Part shown: positions 27,978 through 37,030 of the stretch, piece after piece
Numbering within the stretch: position 1 is the stretch's first letter
Layout: every line of letters starts with the position of its first letter
Source of the DNA: Trichormus sp. ATA11-4-KO1
GTDB lineage: Bacteria > Cyanobacteriota > Cyanobacteriia > Cyanobacteriales > Nostocaceae
Reading direction: 5' to 3'
DNA length: 64,000 bases
Assembly: GCA_019358915.1 (NCBI GenBank)
Contig: JAHHIM010000055.1
Location: 96,001-160,000 of the forward strand
Notes under the pieces: generated by a model
What the model was told of the DNA's origin: nothing
The model's database searches: none
Seen by the model: the letters and a program-made list of their open reading frames with translations, nothing else
Position numbers and translations under genes: made by a program

Positions 27978-29362
27978 CTACCCGCAGACTAGCTAACGTC
28001 AATACAGTACCCCAAAGCCTAACAGGTGATTATGTATACATAAATAGGGGGGCTTATACTTACAGGCTATCCTTGGAATCGTTAACGTCCGCAGGGTTAG
28101 ACTTGAGTGATTACGTGACCTATACGGTACTTAATGATACCTTATTAGATTACGTAACTAATAATACGCTGACAACGACGTTGGGGGGTTACGTAACCTC
28201 TGACGCGTTTAATCTAGCTTTAGACACTAAGGCAGACGTTACAGCACTTGCCGACTATACGTTAACCACCGATATACGGTTATCAGATGCTAGAGTGCCT
28301 ACAGGAGTGGCGGGAGGGAGCCTAAGTGGTATTTATCCTAACCCAGCGATCGCTAACTCAGGGGTAACCCCTGGGACTTATAACTTCGCCACAGTTACCA
28401 TAGGTGAAGATGGGCGGGTCACGGATGCCCAGACTGGAGTCATCCCTGGGGTACCTGTAGCCTCACCGACTACCTCCGGAACCGTTAAGGTGGACAGTGC
28501 AGTAGCCGACCCTTTGGTGTATTTATCGTCTACCGTAGACTCTTTGTTAGGTGGTTATGTTACATCCGGGGGATTAACTACCATCCTAAACGATTATGTG
28601 ACTAATAGTAGTCTAACTATTACATTAGCGGGGTATGTGCTAGATGCGGATACTCGGCTATCAGATGCTAGGATACCCACAGGCACGGCGGGCGGTAGCT
28701 TGAGTGGTACTTATCCGAACCCAGGATTAAGCGAAGTGCTAATCACTCCAGGGTCATATACTAACGCGGATATTACCGTAAATACCGAAGGAAGGGTTAC
28801 CGCCGTTGCTAATGGTGCAAGCGGGGGCATAACAGAACGTAAGTTTTTTCAGGCTAGGAATCGTTGGTTTACCCCAGCCACCAAAATCACGATAACTAGT
28901 AGCACGGGGGCTATATCCGCTACATACGTTAGGTTATGTCCTATTTATGTCCCGGCTATCGGTATACAATCGTTAGCTGTATCCACTGCATCGTCGGTAA
29001 CAGGGGCTACTGGTAAGTTAGCAATATATTCTGTAGTTGATGGAATGCCTGGAGTGCTTCTAGAGTCATTAGCAGAAGTAGCTATGGATGTACAGGCATT
29101 TTTTGAGTTTGTCATATCCTCTGATTTAGCACAGGGGGAATATTTCATAGGACTGACCACAACTGGTACTGCACCAAGCATGAGGATACATAACTCAACA
29201 ACTAATAATGATTCATACATATCTGCCGGGTCTTTAAGCACAACTTCAGTAATATCTTATGTTAGCCCTACAACGTCAGGGGTATTTCCTGGGGACTTAA
29301 CAGGAGCTACGTTTACTGACTCTAGCTTATCCCCTGTAGTCTGGGTAAAAACTAAAGCATAG
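27974..29362 (+). CDS. Fibre-like structural protein with internal duplication
   Basis: T/G/S-rich; two copies of RLSDAR.PTG.AGGSLSG.YPNP...GRVT. Confidence 0.7.
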   Translation: MTTRRLANVNTVPQSLTGDYVYINRGAYTYRLSLESLTSAGLDLSDYVTYTVLNDTLLDYVTNNTLTTTLGGYVTSDAFNLALDTKADVTALADYTLTTDIRLSDARVPTGVAGGSLSGIYPNPAIANSGVTPGTYNFATVTIGEDGRVTDAQTGVIPGVPVASPTTSGTVKVDSAVADPLVYLSSTVDSLLGGYVTSGGLTTILNDYVTNSSLTITLAGYVLDADTRLSDARIPTGTAGGSLSGTYPNPGLSEVLITPGSYTNADITVNTEGRVTAVANGASGGITERKFFQARNRWFTPATKITITSSTGAISATYVRLCPIYVPAIGIQSLAVSTASSVTGATGKLAIYSVVDGMPGVLLESLAEVAMDVQAFFEFVISSDLAQGEYFIGLTTTGTAPSMRIHNSTTNNDSYISAGSLSTTSVISYVSPTTSGVFPGDLTGATFTDSSLSPVVWVKTKA

Positions 29363-29371
29363 GAGACTAAA

Positions 29372-29734
29372 ATGGCACGAGTGATTACCTATAAGGACGG
29401 GGTATTAATGGCAGACTATGAAGACCCTAACATAAAAACACCCCCGGACTATCTTACATTTAGGGTTGACATGTTAAGTAATAACACATATAACCAATGT
29501 GTATTACAAGCCACACCTATTGGTAGATTATCCGCTCAGAGATTAGAAATCAATATATCCCAAGATTCCAGAGATTGGGGGTTAGTCTGTAGATTCTGGA
29601 ACAGGTTAATAAGTAACACCTCGTATGTATTAACACCTGGTGATATTAATGAACTACAAGATATTATCCATAGAAATAATATTCCTATGGAGATGGATAG
29701 TTTAGGGCGGTGCCAACCTAAAGTACATGAATAA
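29372..29734 (+). CDS. Hypothetical protein (possible fibre chaperone)
   Basis: 120 aa with AGGAG RBS after fibre gene. Confidence 0.55.
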   Translation: MARVITYKDGVLMADYEDPNIKTPPDYLTFRVDMLSNNTYNQCVLQATPIGRLSAQRLEINISQDSRDWGLVCRFWNRLISNTSYVLTPGDINELQDIIHRNNIPMEMDSLGRCQPKVHE

Positions 29735-30308
29735 TCAGTGGCATGAGGGTCGCCCAGTATTTAACAGACTACCTCAGACGGGCTACCAAGATAACTTAGC
29801 CGTAGACTGGCTAACCCTTTGGGTAGACCAAAAGTTATCCGATAAAGCCGACCAACTCCAGACGCTATGGACTAAACTTGACCCCCTGACCACTACCGAA
29901 GACTGGTTAGATTATCTGGCTTTCCTATGTGGGTTATCCGGTGTATATTATGATACTAAGTGGGCTGTAAATATAAAGAGGCAAATGATTAGCCAAGCCC
30001 ATAGCCTTTGGAGTAGTAGGGGTACACTGGCTAGTATCAGAACGGTGTTAGATATACATGAAATCCCGTATACCATATGGAATAGTGGGAGCCTGAGGTT
30101 ACCCTTCGTATTATCTGCGACCTTTGGGCGTGATGATCTTAGGTTGTATGTAAGGTTACCGTTAGACTACCAAAGGACTTCTAGGGAGTTCAAGGAAGCC
30201 CAAAGGACACTTAGGAACTACGCACCAGTAATAGTAGATGCTGAAGTAGTGTTTGAAAGATTTTATCTAGGTTTTAGCCGTATAGGAGAACCTCTATTTA
30301 GTAACTGA
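29727..30308 (+). CDS. Baseplate wedge / P2 gpI-like tail protein
   Basis: LDPLTT.EDWLDYLA...W...KRQMI...SRGTLASI. Confidence 0.8.
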   Translation: MNNQWHEGRPVFNRLPQTGYQDNLAVDWLTLWVDQKLSDKADQLQTLWTKLDPLTTTEDWLDYLAFLCGLSGVYYDTKWAVNIKRQMISQAHSLWSSRGTLASIRTVLDIHEIPYTIWNSGSLRLPFVLSATFGRDDLRLYVRLPLDYQRTSREFKEAQRTLRNYAPVIVDAEVVFERFYLGFSRIGEPLFSN

Positions 30309-30330
30309 TTGACTGAATATAAGTAAACCT

Positions 30331-31428
30331 ATGACTACTATTATTTGTAATATAAAGGTAGCGGGCACTACTGAGAACTTAGTGGGTTATGTGAGAGTAA
30401 ACATACCTTCTACCTTCTCAGATGAAGACACTCTATATGTCCCTGTTTTCCATGACTATGACTTAGTTGACGGCTCGGTCACGTTTGAGCTAGAACCTAG
30501 CGACTTGGCACGAGTAGCCTATAAGTTTGAGATATGGCAACTAATCCCAGACGAAGAAACCATAGATGACCTTGGGAACCCAGTAACCATAGTTAACGCG
30601 GATATATTAGTCAAGTCATTCAGTGCCGTAGTTCCCTTCAGCTCTACCCCAATAAATATTAAAGACTTGGCAGAGCAGTCAGGGGTTAGGTATGATGCCC
30701 AAGATGCTAGCCTACTAACCCTAAGTAGGTATTTATACTCCAACGATACATTTTGGGAAGCACTGGTTAACCAAGTCTTCCAGAATAAGGGGGCTTGGTC
30801 ACCCTCGGTATTCTATAAGCGGGGGGACGTGGTGTCCTATGATGGCTCCGGTTACCAGTACGTGGCAACCGTGGCGAGTCAAGGTAACTTAACCACTGAC
30901 GAAACGTTTTGGCGATTGTTGGTGTCTAGGGGTGAGACTGGTACAGGCACAGCCGGTAACGACACTATCTATGGGGCATCATGGGATGGGGCTACTGACG
31001 CTCCCACCCGTAATGCTTTGTATGATATTATACAAACACTAGCTACGAAGAATGAGCTAGATACTAAAGTAGCCGCAGAAGACGCTGTGCTAACTGGTAA
31101 TCCTACAGCCACTACTCAAGCAACAGGGAACCGTAGTACGAGGATAGCCACTACTGACTTTGTTGGTAACGAGCTAGACGGCATTGGTAGGGTATCTATA
31201 GGTGACATTTTGATACACCCGACCACTGCAGCACCAAATAAATACAGGGTATTAACTAACCCAGGGGAAGTAGTGAGTCAGACCACCTACGCTGAGTTGT
31301 TTGCACAAATCGGTACCACTTATAACACGGGGTCAGAAGGAGCGGGTAACTTTAGGTTGCCATCTAATGGGGGTGGGGTACCTTTTGGGGATACTCGTAT
31401 GAGATGGGTTATCTATACAGGCGTGTGA
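30331..31428 (+). CDS. Tail fibre protein with collar domain
   Basis: KGAWSP...Y.RGDVVSY.G motif; LTGNPTATT; collar VSQTTYAELFAQIGTTY...FRLP. Confidence 0.8.
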   Translation: MTTIICNIKVAGTTENLVGYVRVNIPSTFSDEDTLYVPVFHDYDLVDGSVTFELEPSDLARVAYKFEIWQLIPDEETIDDLGNPVTIVNADILVKSFSAVVPFSSTPINIKDLAEQSGVRYDAQDASLLTLSRYLYSNDTFWEALVNQVFQNKGAWSPSVFYKRGDVVSYDGSGYQYVATVASQGNLTTDETFWRLLVSRGETGTGTAGNDTIYGASWDGATDAPTRNALYDIIQTLATKNELDTKVAAEDAVLTGNPTATTQATGNRSTRIATTDFVGNELDGIGRVSIGDILIHPTTAAPNKYRVLTNPGEVVSQTTYAELFAQIGTTYNTGSEGAGNFRLPSNGGGVPFGDTRMRWVIYTGV

Positions 31429-31466
31429 TTGACTAAATAACGATAAATATATATATATTCATCACT

Positions 31467-32834
31467 ATGGCTGGATTATACCCTAATACTCCTTTTTCGG
31501 AAGGTTCCGTATTTACGCCCGAACTTGCAGACTTAGCTTTTGAGGCTCCCATTTTTGACGGTCAAAATCAGTACAAAGGGCATCGGGAGAAGATCAGGGA
31601 TGACGAGTTATCCGATTTAGCTGGGGCAACTAAGGATAGATTGAGGATAGTTACGGATGGTTTAAAGCCTTCGGTAAGTTCGGGGTTAACTGTAGCGTAC
31701 CAGTCAGGTACAGTTGTGTTACCTAGTGGTGAGCTATTAGCCATAGTTAGTGGGTTAATCGTAGTACCTGATAATGCTACTAGCCTCATTTGGGTGGATT
31801 CTTTAGGGGTTATTGCATCCGGCACGATAGCACCTGCTATTAGGATATTAATAGCTAAAGTCACTACAGTATCAGGTACCATTACCGCGTTACAAGACCT
31901 TAGATTTAATGGGTTACATCCGGTAAGCCCTATTAGCGCGTCTATTAAGGTATTTGGAGGTTCTAATACTCAAGATAAGGTATGCACTAACGGTGAAGTA
32001 CTAGATCAGGGTTACTATTATTTTAGGGATTTTACCGTTCCAGCCGGGGTATCAATAACCATAGATAAGCAGGCTAGGTTATTTTGTTCTGGTAACGTAA
32101 GTATTCAAGGGGTAATAAATATTACAACGGCTGCTAATGGAGCGAGACCATTTTCAACCGGAACTATTAGTACGATAAATATTGGGGGGGTAACCGGTAC
32201 AGGTCTTGGGGCAGGTTCAGGGTCTTCAGGGGCAGGTGTCACACCTTACCCTTACACAGCTCAACCTGTAGGGTCAGGAGGCGGTTTAGGGTTTGCAGGG
32301 GGGGATTCAGGGGCTGTAGCCTTTGGGGGGGCAGGTTCCGGCGGAGGGAGTTTATGGGTAGAAGCCTCCGGTGAAATAACAGTATCCGGTAGCATAGTCG
32401 CCAAAGGTACAGATGCCTCTATAGGGTTTATTACCAGTGGTACTAATGTATTAGTAAGTGGTTCCGGAGGGGGTTCCGGGGGTTTAGTATACTTATCCTC
32501 CCTAGTTGGCGTTACTTGTACTAACACATCTGTTATTGACGTTAGAGGGGGTAACGGAGCTAGTGCAGTCCGAGTAGGCACAGGCAGCGCTAACGGTGGT
32601 GGTGGTGGTGGTGGTGGCTGGCTAGTTTTAGCCAGTCCCTTTAATAATACTACGGGGGCTACTTTTTTATTGTCCGGGGGTACTCCAGGGGCTACTGTAG
32701 GAGAAGGTACGGGGGCACTAGGTGGTGGTACTGGTGGTGCTTACGGTGGTGCCGGAGGTGGTGCCGGATCTACCCCCCAATCAGGGGGTACCGGGCGATT
32801 AGTTTTATTATCCTTCGTACCTATAGGTAGTTGA
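31467..32834 (+). CDS. Glycine-rich tail fibre / receptor-binding protein
   Basis: Gly-rich repeats in the C-terminal half; in tail cluster. Confidence 0.7.
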   Translation: MAGLYPNTPFSEGSVFTPELADLAFEAPIFDGQNQYKGHREKIRDDELSDLAGATKDRLRIVTDGLKPSVSSGLTVAYQSGTVVLPSGELLAIVSGLIVVPDNATSLIWVDSLGVIASGTIAPAIRILIAKVTTVSGTITALQDLRFNGLHPVSPISASIKVFGGSNTQDKVCTNGEVLDQGYYYFRDFTVPAGVSITIDKQARLFCSGNVSIQGVINITTAANGARPFSTGTISTINIGGVTGTGLGAGSGSSGAGVTPYPYTAQPVGSGGGLGFAGGDSGAVAFGGAGSGGGSLWVEASGEITVSGSIVAKGTDASIGFITSGTNVLVSGSGGGSGGLVYLSSLVGVTCTNTSVIDVRGGNGASAVRVGTGSANGGGGGGGGWLVLASPFNNTTGATFLLSGGTPGATVGEGTGALGGGTGGAYGGAGGGAGSTPQSGGTGRLVLLSFVPIGS

Positions 32835-32835
32835 T

Positions 32836-33225
32836 ATGTATATTTTAATACTAAATAATGAAATAGTAGGAAGCTCCGACACTCCTGTGGGGTTGCCACT
32901 AGGGTTTTCATCCATAGAGTATCCTGAATCATCTCTAGACACCCTTTATTACAGTGACGGAGAAGTTAGGGTTAAGCCAAATAAACCTAACCCAGAAGCG
33001 TATTGGGATAACCAAAGTAATAGATGGGCTACCCTAGAGCCTGTGAGGTTACCTCATCCAAACCCGCTAACCCAGCATAACCTGGCTGCGGCTATATACA
33101 ACCATATAAAGCTACTAGACGAGCCGTTAGCCGATGTAATAGCGTTGTTACTAGCTTTGCAGCAAGGAGACTCGGCGGAGATCGCTATCAGGAGAACTCG
33201 GTTAACTGAACAGTTTGATAAGTGA
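32836..33225 (+). CDS. Tail-fibre assembly-like protein
   Basis: KPNKPNPEAYWD...W motif directly after fibre gene. Confidence 0.5.
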   Translation: MYILILNNEIVGSSDTPVGLPLGFSSIEYPESSLDTLYYSDGEVRVKPNKPNPEAYWDNQSNRWATLEPVRLPHPNPLTQHNLAAAIYNHIKLLDEPLADVIALLLALQQGDSAEIAIRRTRLTEQFDK

Positions 33226-33255
33226 CATATTATTAGTAGTACCATACACTAAACT

Positions 33256-33594
33256 ATGTATAAAATACTACTAACAGAACAACCAGAAATCGTACAACCT
33301 GCTCCGGTGTATGGTATCCCACCGGAGATTCAAGGGGTACTAAGAAATGGTAGCTATGCCATCATCGTTTTTTTCTTTATAATATTCTGGATAACTAGAA
33401 AATCCATTGGGGATTTTACTAAAGAACACTTAAGCATGATGAAGTCCCTAACGGATTCCAATAAACAACACTCGGAAAACTCAGAAAAAATGGTTAAGTC
33501 AGTGGAAAGGTCTACAAGAACTAATATAGTGTTAACTAAAATACTTGCTAAGTACTTAAATATAGACCTTGATGCGCTTAACAGAGAGGACTAA
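33256..33594 (+). CDS. Holin-like membrane protein
   Basis: One TM helix followed by charged coiled-coil; end of tail cluster. Confidence 0.45.
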   Translation: MYKILLTEQPEIVQPAPVYGIPPEIQGVLRNGSYAIIVFFFIIFWITRKSIGDFTKEHLSMMKSLTDSNKQHSENSEKMVKSVERSTRTNIVLTKILAKYLNIDLDALNRED

Positions 33595-34742
33595 TCTAAA
33601 TCCTCACCTAAACCTAAGAAGTAGGTTTGACTAACCCCGTCTGGTTGCATTAAGTTAATCATTAAGCTATCCGTAAACGGGCTAGTCCAGTTGTTAGCTA
33701 GTAGATGGTCTAACGGTTCCCCGTTAATGGTAACTGAGTCTACCTCAGTTACCCCTGGCACCAATCGGGCGTTATAAGATATCTCATTAATCTTAACCTT
33801 AGTGCCCCAGGGGTATGTTAAGGGACTTAGGTAGTCATAAACTGCTTGGGCTATCTGTGTTGCCAATGTCTCCGATACCTCATCTACCCCACAGGTTATT
33901 TCTATAGCTAAGCTATCTAAGAGGCATGGGCTGACCCAAACCTTGCTGGCTGCAAAAGAGCGTAGCTGTAAAGCAGCCTGGATAACTTGACAGGTACCCG
34001 TAGAGGCTGGGGTACCCGTAGAATCGCATAGGAATAAATGTACTTGTCCTGGAACCTCTACGGTTTTATCCGAGTTTAAGAAAGGAATGCATACCGCCTT
34101 AGACCCGTCACCTAGTTCATCTTGTGCGGCTAACTCGTAATCAGTTGCGCTAACCAATACCTCACGACTCCTTAGTTGCTGTTGAGCGCGTGATATGGTG
34201 TTAGTAATATCCTCTAGGTCAGACCCTCCGGTTAGTGCTTGGGGGTTATATATACCTTGCAAAAAGTTTATTCCTGGGTTAGTTAATGTCAGGGCAAACT
34301 CTGGAACATTTAAGTCAGAGCCGGTACGTGCAGCAGTTACCAGCACGTCTGCCTCAGTAGCCCCTGGGGGTATCACTAGCTGTTCAGCAAGGATAAAGAA
34401 ACTATCCTTATACGGTACAGCATACCCAGGGTTTACCACGAACTCGGAGGCTAAAGGGGTTTGCAGTAAAAACCTGAGGTACCCTGAGGCTTTAGTCCCG
34501 TCAGACCGTGTAACCCCTAGTAGTCTAAAAGACTCTAAGGCTAAAGCCTCAGGCAACATATTCAAATAAAACAGTAGCTCAGCTATACCAAACATCTGCC
34601 CTTCTACTAATGCAGCCACCGGGCTACCTGGTCTAAAGTCATTTAGTTGCCCGTTACTAGCCTCACGTATCCTATTATACGCTAGCTGTACTAGTTCATC
34701 TTCATTCTGGTTATCAAGTATCAGCTTAGGGATTTCTGCCAT
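33591..34742 (-). CDS. Baseplate J-like protein
   Basis: NDFRPGSP..AL.E, A.RTGSDLN, NP.ALTGG.D.E, LVSATDYE motifs. Confidence 0.88.
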   Translation of the reverse strand: MAEIPKLILDNQNEDELVQLAYNRIREASNGQLNDFRPGSPVAALVEGQMFGIAELLFYLNMLPEALALESFRLLGVTRSDGTKASGYLRFLLQTPLASEFVVNPGYAVPYKDSFFILAEQLVIPPGATEADVLVTAARTGSDLNVPEFALTLTNPGINFLQGIYNPQALTGGSDLEDITNTISRAQQQLRSREVLVSATDYELAAQDELGDGSKAVCIPFLNSDKTVEVPGQVHLFLCDSTGTPASTGTCQVIQAALQLRSFAASKVWVSPCLLDSLAIEITCGVDEVSETLATQIAQAVYDYLSPLTYPWGTKVKINEISYNARLVPGVTEVDSVTINGEPLDHLLANNWTSPFTDSLMINLMQPDGVSQTYFLGLGEDLD

Positions 34743-34756
34743 TTATTATAACTAAG

Positions 34757-35842
34757 TCATATTGGCAACGTGGGTAAATCAGGGCGGTTAATCATATGCC
34801 CATAAGTCTTGATGACCATAGATGTATCACTATGACCAGCCAAATACGCAATACCCGTTAATGGTATCCCTTGCTCTATAGCATGGGAAATCATAGTATG
34901 TCTCATGGTGTACGGCTTACGGTAAGGCACTCCTTGGGCTTTTAACACACTAGCCCATTGGCGGTTACGAAAGTTATCTGCGTCTATAGGTCTCCCTTTG
35001 GGTGTGGTGAACACTAGGCTGTCAGGAGTAACCTTAGCGAGGTTAATAAAACTTAACACAGCTTGTAGCTCTAAGGATAATGGGAGGTGCCTAATATTAC
35101 CAGTCTTGGTCTCTTTACGTATTCTACGGTAGCCGTTACCCGTCAAATCTTTAGGTAAACTTTCCTTAATGGTTATATCCGCCCGGTCGAAGTCAATGTT
35201 ACCCCAGGTTAACCCGATGGCTTCGGAAGTCCTAACACCAGTAGCGAGTAAAAACCTTACAAAGGGGCTATAGTGCGGCTCTAGTGTGTCAAAACCTTCT
35301 AGTATAGCTTTTATCTCACTTAGTGTAAAGGGTTTTATTTCCTTGGGTTTATCCTTACGAGGTTTTATGGTGTCATAAGGGTTACTAAGTATGATACCTC
35401 GGCTAACCGCCCACTTGCAGCAAGCCTTTAGCATACTGAGACGTGTTCTAAAAGTCTTGGGGGATATCTCGGACTTGGTTAGCCATTGGATATCCTCTAA
35501 CCCTGGGTTGGTTTTAGTAATCATTACGCGCGTCCATCGGTAATGGTTAGCCTTGGTACTTTCCGTTAGCTCTAGTGAGTCTACCCATAAATCCCAAAGG
35601 TCTAGTAACTTCTTGGGCTTCGCATAAGGCTTAGGAGATAACCTGTAACTGTTTAATGTACTGTCGAAGTGCCCAGATAGGATATCATTCTGTATTTTGT
35701 TAGCGATCGCAGAAGCCGTAAATAAATCCCTTCTATTCCCGAAGTGTCCACCAGGTATAGGGTTGAAGCTATAGCGCTTACCACCAAAACTAAACTTCAA
35801 CTGGATAGACCCATTATTGTTAACTGGCTTTATTTCTCTCAT
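34757..35842 (-). CDS. int: Tyrosine integrase with N-terminal arm-binding domain
   Basis: TGVRTSEA, K, YTMRHT, AGH, Y catalytic motifs; adjacent to att. Confidence 0.95.
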   Translation of the reverse strand: MREIKPVNNNGSIQLKFSFGGKRYSFNPIPGGHFGNRRDLFTASAIANKIQNDILSGHFDSTLNSYRLSPKPYAKPKKLLDLWDLWVDSLELTESTKANHYRWTRVMITKTNPGLEDIQWLTKSEISPKTFRTRLSMLKACCKWAVSRGIILSNPYDTIKPRKDKPKEIKPFTLSEIKAILEGFDTLEPHYSPFVRFLLATGVRTSEAIGLTWGNIDFDRADITIKESLPKDLTGNGYRRIRKETKTGNIRHLPLSLELQAVLSFINLAKVTPDSLVFTTPKGRPIDADNFRNRQWASVLKAQGVPYRKPYTMRHTMISHAIEQGIPLTGIAYLAGHSDTSMVIKTYGHMINRPDLPTLPI

Positions 35843-35920
35843 TGTCCTAGTGAGGTCTTAAGGTTGACATTATGGCAACCGGGGAAACCATTAAGGGTCA
35901 AGAAGTTAACGTTAATGCTT

Positions 35921-35968
35921 GCTGCGATCGCACCGCAGAGGTCAGGGATTCGAGTTCCCTATTCTCCA
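35921..35968 (+). other. att site: displaced 3' part of tRNA-Ala(CGC)
   Basis: CTGCG-ATCGCAC-CGCAG anticodon arm, AGGTC, AGGGA-TTCGAGT-TCCCT, ATTCTCCA; no D-arm or correctly spaced 5' acceptor strand. Confidence 0.9.
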
Positions 35969-36155
35969 TTTTGACATTAAAATTAAAAACTCTAAATTTG
36001 AGCATAATTTTTCACAGACACGATACTGGGAAAATTTAGCAGGATAATACTTTATCAAATTCTAAATTCAAAAATATAGCTATTAAATAAGGTATGATGC
36101 CGGAATTGTTAACAGTAAAAACTTCCTTAAAATATGATTTAGATGATTCAAGACT

Positions 36156-36641
36156 ATGGCGAATAAATATAAAATATATCTGGATGTTTGTTGTTTAAAT
36201 CGTCCATTTGACGACCAAACACAGATACAAATTCATCTGGAAACAGAAGCAATTTTAGAAACTATCAGCCGTTGTCTATCCAGAGAGTGGGAGTTAGTTA
36301 GTAGCACAGCCCTTGAATCAGAAATTGCTAGAACCCCAGACATAACCAGAAGAGAACAGGTACAAAAAGTATTAGCGATTGCTCAACATAAGATTTTAGT
36401 CACCGAAAAAATCTCTAGACGAGCTATGGAGTTAACAAACTTTAATATTAAAAATTTTGATGCACTTCATATAGCTTGTGCTGAAGGTAACGCCGATATT
36501 TTCCTGACAACTGATAACCGTTTATTGTCAAAGGCATTAAGCTATAAGAATAACATAAACATAATGGTTACTAATCCAATGATATGGTTGGCAGAAATTA
36601 CCACCAATCTTGTAGAAGGAGGAGGAAATGACTTCGATTGA
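36156..36641 (+). CDS. PIN-domain protein (VapC-like)
   Basis: IYLDVCCLNRPFDD, DALHIACA, FLTTD. Confidence 0.88.
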   Translation: MANKYKIYLDVCCLNRPFDDQTQIQIHLETEAILETISRCLSREWELVSSTALESEIARTPDITRREQVQKVLAIAQHKILVTEKISRRAMELTNFNIKNFDALHIACAEGNADIFLTTDNRLLSKALSYKNNINIMVTNPMIWLAEITTNLVEGGGNDFD

Positions 36642-36843
36642 ATTATATAGAAAAGGATTTCAAGCCCTAGTAGATGCTTTGGGATATGCTGATGCTATCC
36701 GATTTATTCGCCAATTTGACAATGGAAATGGAGACTACACCCAAGAACGTCATCAATGGCTCGATCAGCTAACGATGGATGAAATCCTCACAGACATTAA
36801 ACAACGCCAAAAAATATCTGATTCAAAGAACCAGGAACAATAA
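36628..36843 (+). CDS. Small partner of PIN protein (putative antitoxin)
   Basis: GFQALVDALG..DAIRFIRQF..G.GDYT.ER; overlaps PIN gene. Confidence 0.7.
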   Translation: MTSIELYRKGFQALVDALGYADAIRFIRQFDNGNGDYTQERHQWLDQLTMDEILTDIKQRQKISDSKNQEQ

Positions 36844-37030
36844 TGAGTCAAGTTGGACAAAGGGAATGCTAAATCTAATACCGCAAACACGGCATGATAC
36901 AGGAATTAATAAATGAGAAGACAAGACTAATTGGCAATTATTAATCAACGCCAAGGGTCTTGACCACCAATTCACACCTGATTTGAATTAGAAACGTCCC
37001 TTATCCCATCAACATTTCTAGATTCGCTTT

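Larger units (their letters stand above)
1..35968. mobile_element. Integrated temperate prophage with contractile tail, right-hand portion; left end outside window
   Basis: Terminase, portal, scaffold, capsid, sheath, baseplate, fibre, DNA polymerase and tyrosine integrase genes; ends at a tRNA 3' fragment; HIP1 density jumps after 35.97 kb. Confidence 0.95.

Noticed and set aside
27974..32834. Diversity-generating retroelement target
   Set aside because: No reverse transcriptase or adenine-variant repeat pair seen in the window
24248..34742. Stand-alone contractile injection system or tailocin
   Set aside because: Linked to capsid, portal, terminase, replication genes and integrase, so a phage explains it
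35881..35968. Complete tRNA-Ala using GGGGAAA at 35881 as the 5' strand
   Set aside because: Spacing about 14 nt too long, one acceptor mismatch and no D-arm
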